Source: Octopus bimaculoides (lineage: Eukaryota). Taken from it: a stretch of 64,000 nt of DNA. The notes under the pieces are model-generated. The model made no database searches, was not told where the DNA came from, and was given only the letters and a program-made list of their open reading frames with translations. Location of the stretch: contig NC_069004.1 of NCBI RefSeq assembly GCF_001194135.2, forward strand, positions 8,747,843 through 8,811,842. The letters are read 5' to 3'. Position numbers and translations under genes: made by a program. This document shows positions 1 to 11,810 of the stretch, piece by piece (positions within the stretch are counted from its first letter, which is position 1; the number at the start of each line of letters is the position of its first letter).

Positions 1-113
1 ATATATATGTATATATATATAGATACATACATATATACATATACATATATAGATACATACATATATACATATACATATATAGATACATACATATATACAT
101 ATACATATATAGA

Positions 114-147
<34 letters not shown>

Positions 148-290
148 TATGTATGTATATATATATGTATGTATATATATATATAGATACATATACATAT
201 ATATAGATACATACATATATACATATATATGTATATTTATATATAGATACATACATACATACAAACATATACATACATATAGATATATAC
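1..290. repeat. 30-bp AT-rich minisatellite decaying into (AT)n/(ATAC)n
   Basis: Unit ATATATACATATACATATATAGATACATAC repeated back to back from the window start (three exact copies 31-120), then degenerate. Confidence 0.9.
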
Positions 291-326
291 TTATGTGCAT
301 AAGTTTATACAGACTTAGACATAATT

Positions 327-432
327 TTTTGGAGTCGATAAATTAAGCACCAGTTGCATACTGGGGTCGATCTAATCGGTTAACCCCCTCCCCAGAAATT
401 TCAGGTCTTGTGCCTAGAGTTGAAAAGAATAT
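327..432 (+). mobile_element. SINE family A, 3' half
   Basis: GTCGATAAATTAAGCACCAG...CTGGGGTCGATCTAATCG...TCTTGTGCCTAGAGTTGAAAAGAATATT matches the fuller copies at 15650 and 47461. Confidence 0.85.
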
Positions 433-609
433 TTATATTGTACAGCATCATAGATCCGTTTTAGTAAAGTTTAATTGGTTTGGCACAAATTTGGTGATAA
501 AATAAGATGGATTGACAAATAAAGCAGTGTCTGCATGTTTTTGACTTATGGATTCTTAAATAATTCTATTCACTCTCTTTCTCTCTCCCTCTGTATATGT
601 ATTTGTGTG

Positions 610-649
<40 letters not shown>

Positions 650-1502
650 GTGAGAGGGATAGAGTGAGAGAGGTGCATATATATGTGTATGTATATGTAT
701 GTGTGTGTGTGCATGTGATTGTGTGTGTGTATGTGTATGCATATGCGTATTGACTTGACAATATGTTTTGTTATAAATTTGTCTTGTTAGTAACTTGTAT
801 TTCTCTCCTACATTTTAAAACTTCCATCCACTTATGTCTATACTCCTATCTGGTATACACACACACACACACACACACACATACACACACACATTTAGAT
901 TTATGTATACATTTATATATGTGTATCTCTATGTGTGTTGTTTGCATGTGAGTGTATGTGTGTATGCATGTGTTGTGTGTGTGTATGTGTGTGTATATAA
1001 ATGCACACATGCCAAACATATCAAACAGTTATTTATATGAATTCCTGAATTCCCCCTGTAGAATAATGGGGTTTGAACTATAATATAAATATAACTGCCC
1101 CTTAAGTCCTTAGAGGTTTTTAAGGGTTGGTGTTTTACCCTGTTTTTATGGCATTAAACTGTGTTTTGAAAAGTTGTTGTGGGGAGACGAAAAAGATCAA
1201 GGGAAATTTATAAATGTTTCTTAATCCCTAATGAGGATCTCTTGAATGTCCTTAGTATTGCAGAGCTAAGTGTAAAACCCCTATTTTTGTAAAAGCAGTT
1301 TTTGATTACTTAACCAGAAGAAATAGGCAATACCCACGACCTTCATAGACCCTTAGATTGGTAAGGGTAATATGGTTGATGCTGTATTTGAACATCTGTA
1401 AGTTTACATCTGTTGGATAAAAGTCTGGTAGGAGCAGAATTCCTGAAGGCTGACGTTTTAGAATGGAAGAACTGAGGATATTGGTTAGTGCAATGTTTGG
1501 TG

Positions 1503-1710
1503 TAATTATTTCAGGTTTAGCTACAAGGCCAACTGTTTTGAGGGGAGGGAGTTTGTTAATTACTTTGACTTCAATATTGGACATGCACTTTGTTTTATCA
1601 ACATTGGAGGGATGAAAAGTAAAATCAGTTTCAGCAGAATTTGATCTCAGAATGTAAAGAACCAGAAGTACTGCGAGGATTGTCTAATATTTTAACAGTT
1701 CTGCCAGTGC
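1503..1710 (-). mobile_element. Old, highly diverged SINE family A copy
   Basis: Reverse complement GGCAGAACTGTT...TTTACATTCTGAGATCAAATTCTGC...TTTTCATCCCTCCAATGTTGATAAAAC...GGCCTTGTAGCTAAA is colinear with family A. Confidence 0.65.
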
Positions 1711-2369
1711 ACTGCTTTTTAAGGTTTAGTCCAATTGATAAACCACAACGGCAGGTGCCAGGTAGCAAAGCAAATTGGTAGCTACAGTCAACTTGTATCT
1801 TCTCTCTACTCTTGTGAGCAGGAGCAGAGGAAAAGTGCAAAGGGATGACAAACAGTGGATGAAGTCATAAGGCATGGACAATCAAATAGATAGTATAACT
1901 GGACCAAGTGTGGTGATGAGAGAACTTGTTGCAACATGGAAACAAACCCAAATAAAGACAAAACAAACAACAACATAACAAAAACTAAGAAAGAATTCAA
2001 GAGAATTTTGTAAATGTCTTTCAATCCCTCAGGAGTCCTCCTGGATGTTTGTTTTCGTAACACTGTTAAACTAAGTTCAGAGCTTACCCTGTTGTCTCAC
2101 CATGATCTTCCCTTTATTTAAACTAAGACTACATTAGGGTTTAATTTGCTGATTTAGTCATTTCCCAGCTCATTTACCCTTTGAACTTACATTTTTAGTT
2201 ATAAGGAATAACCTTACAGTAGGGTGGAGTAAAAATTACTCTTGATAATTCTTCATGAACATAAATTTCTCAGTGGTGACTCAGTCATCTGTTCAGGTAA
2301 CTTCTAAATATAGACCTGGCTCGAAATTTTTGTTATGGAATGGACTCTGTTAACGCTGAAGACATGATT

Positions 2370-2610
2370 ACCTGAACTCTAAACCTCAAGGGAGGTTCAA
2401 CTCCACTGCAAACTTCAAGGTATATTCAGCTCAACTGTAAACCTGAAGGTAAGTTCAAACCAACGATACACCTCAATGCTGGTTCAACCCAAATATAAGC
2501 CTCAATGTATACTCCATATGTCAATAAACTTCAAAATATGTCCAACAAGCCTCAAGGTATATTCAACTTAATTATAAATCTCATGGTAGGTTCAACTCAG
2601 CTGCAAATAA
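2370..2610. repeat. Degenerate 29-bp minisatellite (~8 units)
   Basis: Units AAACCTCAAGGGAGGTTCAACTCCACTGC / AAACTTCAAGGTATATTCAGCTCAACTGT / AAACCTGAAGGTAAGTTCAAACCAACGAT etc., period 29 with one 21-nt unit. Confidence 0.8.
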
Positions 2611-2850
2611 CTGCAATAGCATTGTAAAAGTTTACAAGGAGAATGTTAACTCACAGATCTGAGTTCAACTCATTTCATACATAACTTGGAAAGAAAGTGG
2701 GAGAAGCTAATAAACCACTACATAATCGGTCCAAGAAATAGAAGTCAAATATTCCTCCAATAATTTTCTTGCTTCTTGAAAATATAAGGAGACATTTAAC
2801 TATAGCCGGATCCGTTGTGTATGTGATAGCATTTCTTCGGCATAATTCCA

Positions 2851-3289
2851 ATAATCCTTTCTGGGATACGCACAAGGCCCGAAATTTTGGAAGATGGGGT
2901 TCTTCAATTACATCGATTCTGCTACTTGATTGATATTTATTTTATCGACCACGAAAGGCTGAAAGGCAAAGTGGAATTTGAAATAAGAAAGTAAAATCGG
3001 AAGAAATGCCACTGTGCATTTTGTACGGCATACTAATGATTCTGTCCGTTCGCCGCCTTATTTCTTTCTTCTATAGGCACAAGGTCTGAAAATCTTTCTA
3101 TGAGGAAGGTTGGGGTTGTCTATTATATTGACTCCGTTGTACTTAAATGGTTCTTTATTTTATCGACCCTGAAAGGACGAAAGGCAAAGTCAACCTCGGC
3201 GGAATTTGAACACAGAATGAAATGCCGGAAGAAAATGCCGCTATGCATTTTGTTCGGCATGTTAACAATTCTACCAGCTTGCCGCCTTC
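2851..3289 (-). mobile_element. Two tandem SINE family A copies (2851-3060, 3062-3289)
   Basis: Each runs from GCACAAGG(C/T)C...TTTATCGACC...AAAGGCAAAGT...GGAATTTGAA to TCGCCGCCTT / TTGCCGCCTT. Confidence 0.85.
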
Positions 3290-4399
3290 ATAATTCCAAT
3301 AATGCAACATAAAAAAAAACATTGGTTTTGATATAGTGTGTCACAAGAGAGATCTGGGTGGGAGTACCCGAGAATATTTAAATGTTTCAGCATCTTGAAA
3401 TGATATTCACAATTCTTTCATACACAATGCATGGCTCATAAAATAAGATAATTGTTTACTGTGTATTTTGGTTCTGAATTTTTTCACTTTAAAACTTCCC
3501 ATGTGAAGTACACCAGTAATTGTTTTTTTTTTTTTTTAGTTTGATCTCCAGAGCGTCACGAAGTCAAAGAGATTGCATTAAATAATGTAGTCCTAGATAT
3601 ACTATGTCAGTAAAAAAAAAAAAAACATGAGAGGGTGATCATAGCTGGAATGTCTTTGATCATAAGGGATGCTGGATCAGGGATGACTTGATGGAAGCGG
3701 GGTGTGGGATAAACAACATCAACAACAAACAATCGTGTGTATTTGTATAATTCTGTTGTAGGTTGACATTTGAAGTAATTTAGGGCAGATCTGAACTGAA
3801 TTATACACTCTCGTAGACAATATGTAATGGTATAGTTCAGGATTTGCATATAATATCATAGTTTAAGTAGCATAGAATAATAACTAATTATAGAATGGGT
3901 AGCGTCCGGAATCCGAGAAAACGAGGAAAAAAGAAACTTATGAAAAATCCGACAAGAGAAAACGGTACGATATAATTTTGAGTGGCTTCTTTGGTGGCTC
4001 TTTGTCAACAGTCGGTTTATGAATGTGAATCTTGTCAATAATAAATAGAATGTAAGGAAACAAGGAGAGTTTAGAGACGATTTAAATTTGTTCAGTTGCC
4101 GTAAAAAATTTACGTAAAAAAATCCCCTTTTCGGATCCTTTTCCCTTTGTCAGTGATTGAGAAAGGGAGAGAAAGTTGTGCTGTCGTTTGAGTTTATTTG
4201 TCTCCAATCAGAACAATATCGTTTTCTCCCTATCTCTTCGTCTCTTCCCCTTCTCTGACGAAGGGCAATAAACCGAAGCATTAATTAATTTACCCTCAGG
4301 ACAATTGAACATGTCTGAACCCCGCTAATTAAAGGGGAGTTCATATATTATTATTAACTAATTGATTGTATCATGATGATTATCTTCTATATCTGAATA

Positions 4400-4859
4400 C
4401 AGGTTGTCGTCGACTTACGACCTGTCCGACTTACGACCCGTCGACTTTACGACGATTGGCGCGCCAGCTCCCAGCAGCAATAATAAATAGTCTAGTTGAA
4501 ATCTAATGGGTTTAATTTCTTAGAAATTATCCCGTCTACGAATGATGTCATCTAACAAACGCTTTCCTTAGGTTTGGTTATCGATCACCACTGTGTTGGA
4601 CGACTACCCTCTGTCGTGGAGACATCGAGGCAACCTCGTATTTGTTTATAACACCACTGCTTGAGACTCTGAAATTTTTTACTAACGCCAGTATAATTGT
4701 ATAATACAGAATGTTGGGTGTGACTCTTACCTAAGAATGTACCTTAAGAATGTAAAAATATAAAACAAAGCTATGTAGGACTATAGGCCTACTTACGACC
4801 AAATCGACTTACAACCAGTCAGTCGGCACCAATTGTGGTCGTAAGTCGACGACGACCTG
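4400..4859. mobile_element. Tigger/pogo-type MITE (Tc1/mariner superfamily), 460 bp
   Basis: TIRs CAGGTTGTCGTCGACTTACGACC (4400) and GGTCGTAAGTCGACGACGACCTG (ends 4859), TA on both sides (4398-4399, 4860-4861), subterminal CGACTTACGAC repeats. Confidence 0.9.
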
Positions 4860-4954
4860 TACATACGTGCTACTCCGATCGATCAGTGTAGAACCTCATG
4901 TTAGATTTAAAGCATGCAACGCTACAAAATGCATGTTATACTTTATTTTTTAAT

Positions 4955-5407
4955 ACTTTCATGTGTGCCAGCTATGTCACTGCGGTCATACTGGAGCACC
5001 ACGGTGAATTCGTACCCTTTTAACATCCCACTTCTGTGGATGGTGAGATTTCATATCACTATCCTTGCATGTAGTTTTCCCTAGCTGTTGGATCATTTGG
5101 TGTTTGAGGGTAGTGTGACATTGTTGCCCACATCTGGTACATCCTGCAGGGACGTTGGCTTCTCTGGTATCGTGGATAATAGAATTCCCATTTCCTTTTT
5201 GAAAGCATTAACCTTCACATTGTGTAGGTTTCTTAATTTTTTAAGACAGAACATTGAAGAGGTCTGAGCCTTTGAAATCCTAAGCTATTGCAGTACCTGG
5301 TCCTCACTTTAGATGGAGTAGGTGATGTTTTTGGTACTACGCAGTGGCATACAGTACAGGTATTTGTATAAATCTTGGCGCCAAATTTGGGTGCTAGCCA
5401 TTTCTAT
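4955..5407 (-). mobile_element. CR1-group LINE 3' end (ORF2 C-terminus plus 3' UTR), degenerate
   Basis: Minus strand, allowing frameshifts, reads HCVVPKTSPTPSKVRTRYCNSLGF..SDLFNVL..KLRNLHNVKVNAFKKEMGILLSTIPEKPTS...HQM. This resembles the FN.LP..R....FK..LD..L..IPDEP...SNSL..Q terminus of invertebrate CR1-group LINEs. Clade assigned from recall. Confidence 0.7.
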
Positions 5408-5867
5408 ATTAAGAAAATTTATGAAGGTGGTTGAAGTTAAAATGGGGCAGTAGGATAGATTTGAGTTTAAAATCTAAAGAACAAAAAGTTAGTATCTGGT
5501 TTATTGCCATTTCTGTTCCTGCACAGCTTTATTATAATCAACTAATAAATCAATACACACTGTCACAGAGAATTTAAGTTTGATGTATAAATATATATAT
5601 ATATATANNNNNNNNNNNNNNNNNNNNNNNNNNNNNNNNNNNNNNNNNNNNNNNNNNNNNNNNNNNNNNNNNNNNNNNNNNNNNNNNNNNNNNNNNNNNN
5701 NNNNNNNNNNNNNNNNNNNNNNNNNNNNNNNNNNNNNNNNNNNNNNNNNNNNNNNNNNNNNNNNNNNNNNNNNNNNNNNNNNNNNNNNNNNNNNNNNNNN
5801 NNNNNNNNNNNNNNNNNNNNNNNNNNNNNNNNNNNNNNNNNNNNNNNNNNNNNNNTATATATATATA

Positions 5868-6084
5868 CGAGAGGGAGCTGAAAAGTTCCTGACTTAGGGT
5901 GAAAGAAAATACAGGAAGGTCAGTTAATTAAGATTTTATTCAACATATTTCCCTCTCAGATTCACACCCTTATTGCAGCGTTACTTCAGGTTTTCTAAGC
6001 CCTGTAAAAGAACTCGAAAGGTTGGGCCTCTAACAAGGCCTTACGCGATACTTTTAATGCTAGGAACTTTTCAGCACCTCCTCG
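5868..6084. mobile_element. Mariner-type MITE (~217 bp)
   Basis: TIRs (TA)CGAGAGGGAGCTGAAAAGTTCCT and AGGAACTTTTCAGCACCTCCTCG; a second family copy lies at 34150-34328. Confidence 0.85.
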
Positions 6085-6090
6085 TCCAAA

Positions 6091-6560
6091 CACAACGTAA
6101 TTTGACTCAGACACACAACTCAAATAGAACCAAGTACACAACGAAATTTGACATGAATACATAGTATAGTTTACTGTATTTACACAACATAATTTGACCC
6201 AGATACAAAACCTAACTTGACCTAAATATACAATTTAGTTTGACCTAAGTACATTACGTAATTTGATCTTAATACACAGCGTAATTTGGGCCAGATACAC
6301 GACGTTGTTAACTCGAAATACTAAACGTAATTTACCTTAAATACGCAACGTAATTCCATGTAGACACACAGCTCAGTTTGAACCAGATACACACCAAATT
6401 TGACCCAGGTACGCAACGTAGTCGGTCGAAAATATTCAACGGAGTTTACCCTAGATACTAGTTTGACCTACACGCATTCTGCAATTTGATTTAAATACAC
6501 AACGTAACTTACTTAGGACTCACAATGCAACCCTGTCCTAGATACACAACGCAATTTACT
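6091..6560. repeat. Degenerate 23-bp minisatellite (~21 units)
   Basis: Consensus ~CACAACGTAATTTGACCTAGATA; the 23-nt period holds across most units despite heavy substitution. Confidence 0.85.
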
Positions 6561-6734
6561 CGTTATAATGCTTCTCGACTCTTAAGAAAGAGCAGCCAAA
6601 TATTCATCATATCACATTTCATCATTTTTCAAATGACATGCAATGCAGATCAATATATACAAAAGAAAACCGAGTTAGAACGCTTTTGATCATTAGTCTG
6701 ATCACCTCAAGATTACATCAGGTGGAATATCGGA

Positions 6735-6945
6735 TTCAAATTTTAGCGCAAGGCCTACAATTCCGGGGGACGTGGTAAGTCGATTACATTGATCCCAGTG
6801 CCCAAATGGTACATATTTTATCGACCCCTGAAGGAATAAAAGCTGATGTTGACCTCGGCACAATTTGAATTCAGAACTATAGGCAGACGAAATACCGCTA
6901 AGCATTTTGCTCGGAGTGCTAGCGATTCTGCCAGCTCGTTGCCTT
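6735..6945 (-). mobile_element. SINE family A
   Basis: TTCAAATTTTAGCGCAAGGCC...TTTATCGACCCC...GACCTCGGC.CAATTTGAATTCAGAAC...GATTCTGCCAGCTCGTTGCCTT. Confidence 0.9.
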
Positions 6946-7109
6946 CATTGGGTGAAATATCAAACAACAGTATCTACATTCCGTGCCATTGGTACACTCG
7001 ATCCCTTGTTCTACAGGTATTGCATATCTGCTTTATCTAGATGTATTACATTACTTGCCCTTCGTATATTAAATGCTTGCTTTCCATAAATTCATTATGT
7101 CATTACTAG

Positions 7110-8060
7110 CCCTCGACACACCTCATTATTTTCTGTAGATACCCCTGATATCTATTTGATCTAGATACACTACATACGTGTTTGTCCAAGATACAATTCA
7201 TACACACCTGCTCATATCTTTCATGACTCACCTTAATTGATTTAAATACACTAAACAACCTCATGCTCCAGACACACTACGTACCATCTTAGCTCACATA
7301 CATTAGATATCTATTTGACCTAGACACACCGTGTAATTATTCGATCCACATATATGTCTACTTGACCTAGATACACGACATATCTATTTAATCAAGATAG
7401 ATTACATAACCTGTTGACCTAGATACATTACGACTTCGTAACCTAGATACAGAATATACCTTTCACAGACTAAATACACTACATATTTATTTTGGCCTAC
7501 ATATATTAGATACTTACTTGACCTCTACATTATATACGTTCTTCACTTAGATACACTACATATCTACTTGGCCTAGATAGATTACATTACCTTTTGACCT
7601 AGATACATTACGACTTCGTGACCTAGATACATTATATACCTACTTAGTCTAGATACACTACATATCTTTTTGACCTACATACTTTAGATACTTACTTGAC
7701 CTATAGATCATATACATTCTTCACTTAGCTACATTACATATCTGTGTGACTTAAATAAACCATATATCTACTTGACCTAAATACACTTTGCATCTTCTTC
7801 ATCTACATATATTGTATATCTTATTGACCAAGATACAGTACATAGTCTGTTGGAAAAGATACACTGTCTCCGCTCGCTGCTCTGCATTGTCGAACGATCG
7901 AATCGCGATGATACCTGGTTGATCCTGTCAGTAGTTATATGCTTGTCTCAAAGCTTAAGCCATGCAAGTGTAAGTTCGTGTCGTAAACGAATACATAGCG
8001 TATTTGCTTGACACAGATAGACTACATATCTCTATGTAATATGCCATAGAAGTATGGCTG
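7110..8060. repeat. Degenerate ~26-bp minisatellite with a 180-bp higher-order duplication, interrupted by an rDNA fragment
   Basis: Consensus ~ATATCTACTTGACCTAGATACACTAC; block 7381-7560 recurs at 7561-7740. Confidence 0.85.
7866..7992 (+). rRNA. 18S: Non-functional 18S rRNA 5'-end fragment (7912 to ~7990) with ~46 nt of probable 5'ETS
   Basis: TACCTGGTTGATCCTGTCAGTAGTTATATGCTTGTCTCAAAGCTTAAGCCATGCAAGTGTAAGT (7912-7975) differs at 5 of 64 positions from the universal eukaryotic 18S start. The match ends after ~80 nt. Confidence 0.92.
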
Positions 8061-8230
8061 CATGCCATACATGGTACTATATATCTACATTTGCTAGAAA
8101 CACATCACTTACCAATACACGTCTCTGTTCCCGAAATATAATTCATACCTGCATGCCCAAGCTGTACTGAAATACTTACATTAGACACATTACATGCTTA
8201 TTACATGACACATAATTAAATCTAATACAC

Positions 8231-8296
<66 letters not shown>

Positions 8297-8331
8297 AACT
8301 TTTGTTTTATATACATATATGTATATATATG

Positions 8332-8362
<31 letters not shown>

Positions 8363-8397
8363 GCATCTATATATACACGTGTATGTGTGCCTGTATG

Positions 8398-8451
<54 letters not shown>

Positions 8452-8462
8452 GNNNNNNNNNN

Positions 8463-8510
<48 letters not shown>

Positions 8511-8643
8511 TGCCTATCTATCTTTCTATCTATCTATCTGTCTGTCTGTCTACCTATCTATCTATATACATACACACACATTGGTATATGTGTGTGTGTC
8601 TATGCATGCATGTATGTATGTATGTGTGTATATACACGCGCGC

Positions 8644-8729
<86 letters not shown>

Positions 8730-9758
8730 CCGAGATACACCACATGATTTTCTGTAGATTCATTGTGAATCCTTTAGAAGTACCTTCAAGTGCTTTTTAT
8801 GTATCAACGATCAAAATGAACCTTACTTACTCTATTCATTCTGAAAACAAAAAAAAAACACGAACAAAAAAACAGAAACAAAAATGTGATGAAACGGCAA
8901 AGTTGATCTCATCAAAATCTGATTACGTAACACAGAGGAGCAGAACTAAACATTTTATGTTATTTAGTCCAGTACAACAGAACACTTACTTCTATCAGAG
9001 CTGTTTAAAGTACACACAGCTGTTGATGGCTCAGTCCACATGAACTGTAAAAATGTACGAGACCGTGTTTAGCTCAAATGAATAGGAGCAGTAATATAAG
9101 AAAATATTCAGTATTTTGTTAGTTTATAAGGGTGAGTTTATTATAACCTCTCAGGAATTTTAGTTGGAAAAGGATGAACACCATCACACTAATTTTGTGT
9201 AGATATATTTCATAAAGTTGAAAGGACTGAAGAAAGACCTACGGAAGGAGTTATAATGGATTTCATCTACGAGAGCGAGATTGTATTAAATCCATGCTTT
9301 CTTATAGTCAAGAGTATAAAACTATGATAGTTACGGCGTCTTCATTAAAGTTCATGTGAGAAAACTGAAGCAGATATTTGCTGCTTGCAATTAAGATTAA
9401 TTGCAGTGCAGTGGTGAAAGATGTGGAGAATTTCTTTTCTATGAGATCGAGGTTGTGGTAGCCTGACCAATTCCTGAACATTGATGCAATATCTAAGATT
9501 GTCTCTGTAATGAATTTTTTTTTTTCATCTTTCAATTTCAAAAATAAGTTTTGTTAGGTTTATACTGTTCTTTAAGGGTAAGTGACGGAATTCATCCTAG
9601 CACACGCACATACACACATACGCACGCACACACATACACATACATTTGTGTACATGTGCGTGTATATGGATAAATATATTGTGTGTGTGTGTGTGAATAT
9701 ATATCCAAATATGTACATATATATTTATATGTATACATACATATATATGCATACAAGC

Positions 9759-9794
<36 letters not shown>

Positions 9795-10032
9795 GTATTT
9801 ATATGTATAATATATATAATATTGTGTATTGTATATATATAATATATAATGTATATATACCTATATAATATATATATNNNNNNNNNNNNNNNNNNNNNNN
9901 NNNNNNNNNNNNNNNNNNNNNNNNNNNNNNNNNNNNNNNNNNNNNNNNNNNNNNNNNNNNNNNNNNNNNNNNNNNNNNNNNNNNNNNNNNNNNNNNNNNN
10001 NNNNNNNNNNNNNNNNNNNNNNNNNNNNNNNN

Positions 10033-10070
<38 letters not shown>

Positions 10071-10571
10071 ATATATATATATATATATATTATGTATCAC
10101 AGAACTAGAGATCTCATTACATTGAATCGGAGGATATTTTACTCGTAGCAAAATAAGTAAATAAAATTGAAATATCTAGGACAAAAGGGCGGTTTCATCT
10201 TAGGAAGAATCTTCAGCAAGAATGAAATGATAATGAGAATCAGATGATAAAATTATGGAAACTTCAAAGTTATTTTGAGGTTGCTCGCTTTGTGACATAT
10301 AAAAAAATATTAAATGCTGGTGTTATCTGTCATATGACGGCTTTCGTTAAGAGTTTTCTACAACCACAGCTGGTTATATCAGCCAATGTTCTATAGGTAC
10401 AATAATTATAATACTTCTTTTTTTTTTTAAATTTCATGGTGCTTATATAATATAATGAAATGAGTACTAATTTTCGTAAAAACAATCTTTATTAAATTAC
10501 AATGTGCCTCGGGTTATATAATGCTGACCGTTTCAAATAAGAACGAAATGGCGTTATACATGAATACCAAT

Positions 10572-10918
10572 GAAAGGATGAAAAGCAGAGTTGACCTCGG
10601 CGGAATTTGAACTCAGAACGTAAAGACGGACGAAATAAATACCGTTAAGCAGTTTGTCCGGCTTGCTAACAATCCTGCCAGCTCGCCGTCTTATTTACAC
10701 AATAAATATTGCTTTCAAATTTTGGCACAAGGCCAGCAATTTCAGGGGAGGTGGGGGTAAGTCGAGAACATCAACTCCCAGTGCTCAGCTGGTACTTAGT
10801 TTATCGACCCCGTAAGGATGACAGGCAGAAGCAGAATCGACCTTAGAGCGTAAAGACGGACGAAATACCGTTAAGCAGTTTGTCCGGTGTGCTAACGAAT
10901 CTGTCAGTTCACTGCCTT
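10572..10918 (-). mobile_element. Two tandem SINE family A copies (10572-10692 partial, 10713-10918)
   Basis: GACCTCGGCGGAATTTGAACTCAGAACGTAAAGACGGACGAAATA...CCAGCTCGCCGTCTT, then TTCAAATTTTGGCACAAGGCCAGC...TTCACTGCCTT. Confidence 0.9.
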
Positions 10919-11730
10919 ACTTACACTATAAATATCGAGTGTTTTACTGCATTAAGAAAGAGAAAAGAACTTAATTTGCTGAATTTTAGCTAAATATGCC
11001 GCTAGACCAGACGAGGCAAGTGCGGCAATGTTCATATCCAATCCATGTATATTTAATTTCAATACACAAGGGTTTCTCAGTCTTTGACCTGTAGCAGATT
11101 TAGGTCACTGAGGGAACTACCCATAAGGAAACTGTTAAACGTAATAGACGATAAGGCAGTACGTACAGTAAAGCAGTTAAGTAAATTGTAACATGTATAG
11201 TGGTGAAGTGGTATAGTAATGATGGAAGCTGGATTAAACATTTAGCAAAATAGGGGTTAGGCCACCAAGGGGAAAGGAATACCATAATAAATGAAAATGT
11301 ACAGGCACGCACATGCGTACTCGTACATACATACATACATACATACAGGCAAACAATCTTGGATACAGACGTACATATATACACATATATATACATACAC
11401 ACACACTTCCATGTATACTCATAGACATATACAACAGGAATGTTAATAATTATTTATATTATAGTATTAGATCAGAGGATAGGTAGAATCGTAAGGGCGT
11501 CAGACAAAAACAACACGAGAGGAACAAATCTTAAATGTATGTATGTATGTATGTATGTGTTGTGTGTATGTATATGTGAGTGTGTATGTATGTTTGTGTG
11601 TATGTGTGTGTTTGAGTGTGTGTGTGTGTGTAGTGCAAATGCAATGAACGATTTGAAGGGAGCACTAAAGGAACAAAGTTTGATAAATAAAGTATATGCT
11701 TAATGGTTTAACCACTGGCCCATTGCGCCT

Positions 11731-11789
<59 letters not shown>

Positions 11790-11810
11790 CATACATACAT
11801 ATACACATAT

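Noticed and set aside
149-1040. YI/HT/CV-rich ORFs here and throughout the ORF track
   Set aside because: Translations of (AT)n, (AC)n and (ATAC)n microsatellites or N-runs; no coding evidence.
1306-1840. ORFs 1306-1584 and 1631-1840 as protein-coding or viral relic
   Set aside because: Largely explained by an old SINE A copy at 1503-1710; the remainder has no recognisable motif.
1806-2063. ORF with a transmembrane-like stretch after a TTTAACAG acceptor
   Set aside because: The hydrophobic run derives from low-complexity (TTG/TTTG)n; no homology or donor support.
6091-8060. CRISPR-like repeat-spacer array
   Set aside because: Units are contiguous degenerate monomers without unique spacers, and the context is eukaryotic.
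11075-11115. CTCAG..TGACCT/AGGTCA..CTGAG hairpin as a pre-miRNA
   Set aside because: The stem is too short (about 11 bp) and I recognised no conserved miRNA here or elsewhere in the window.
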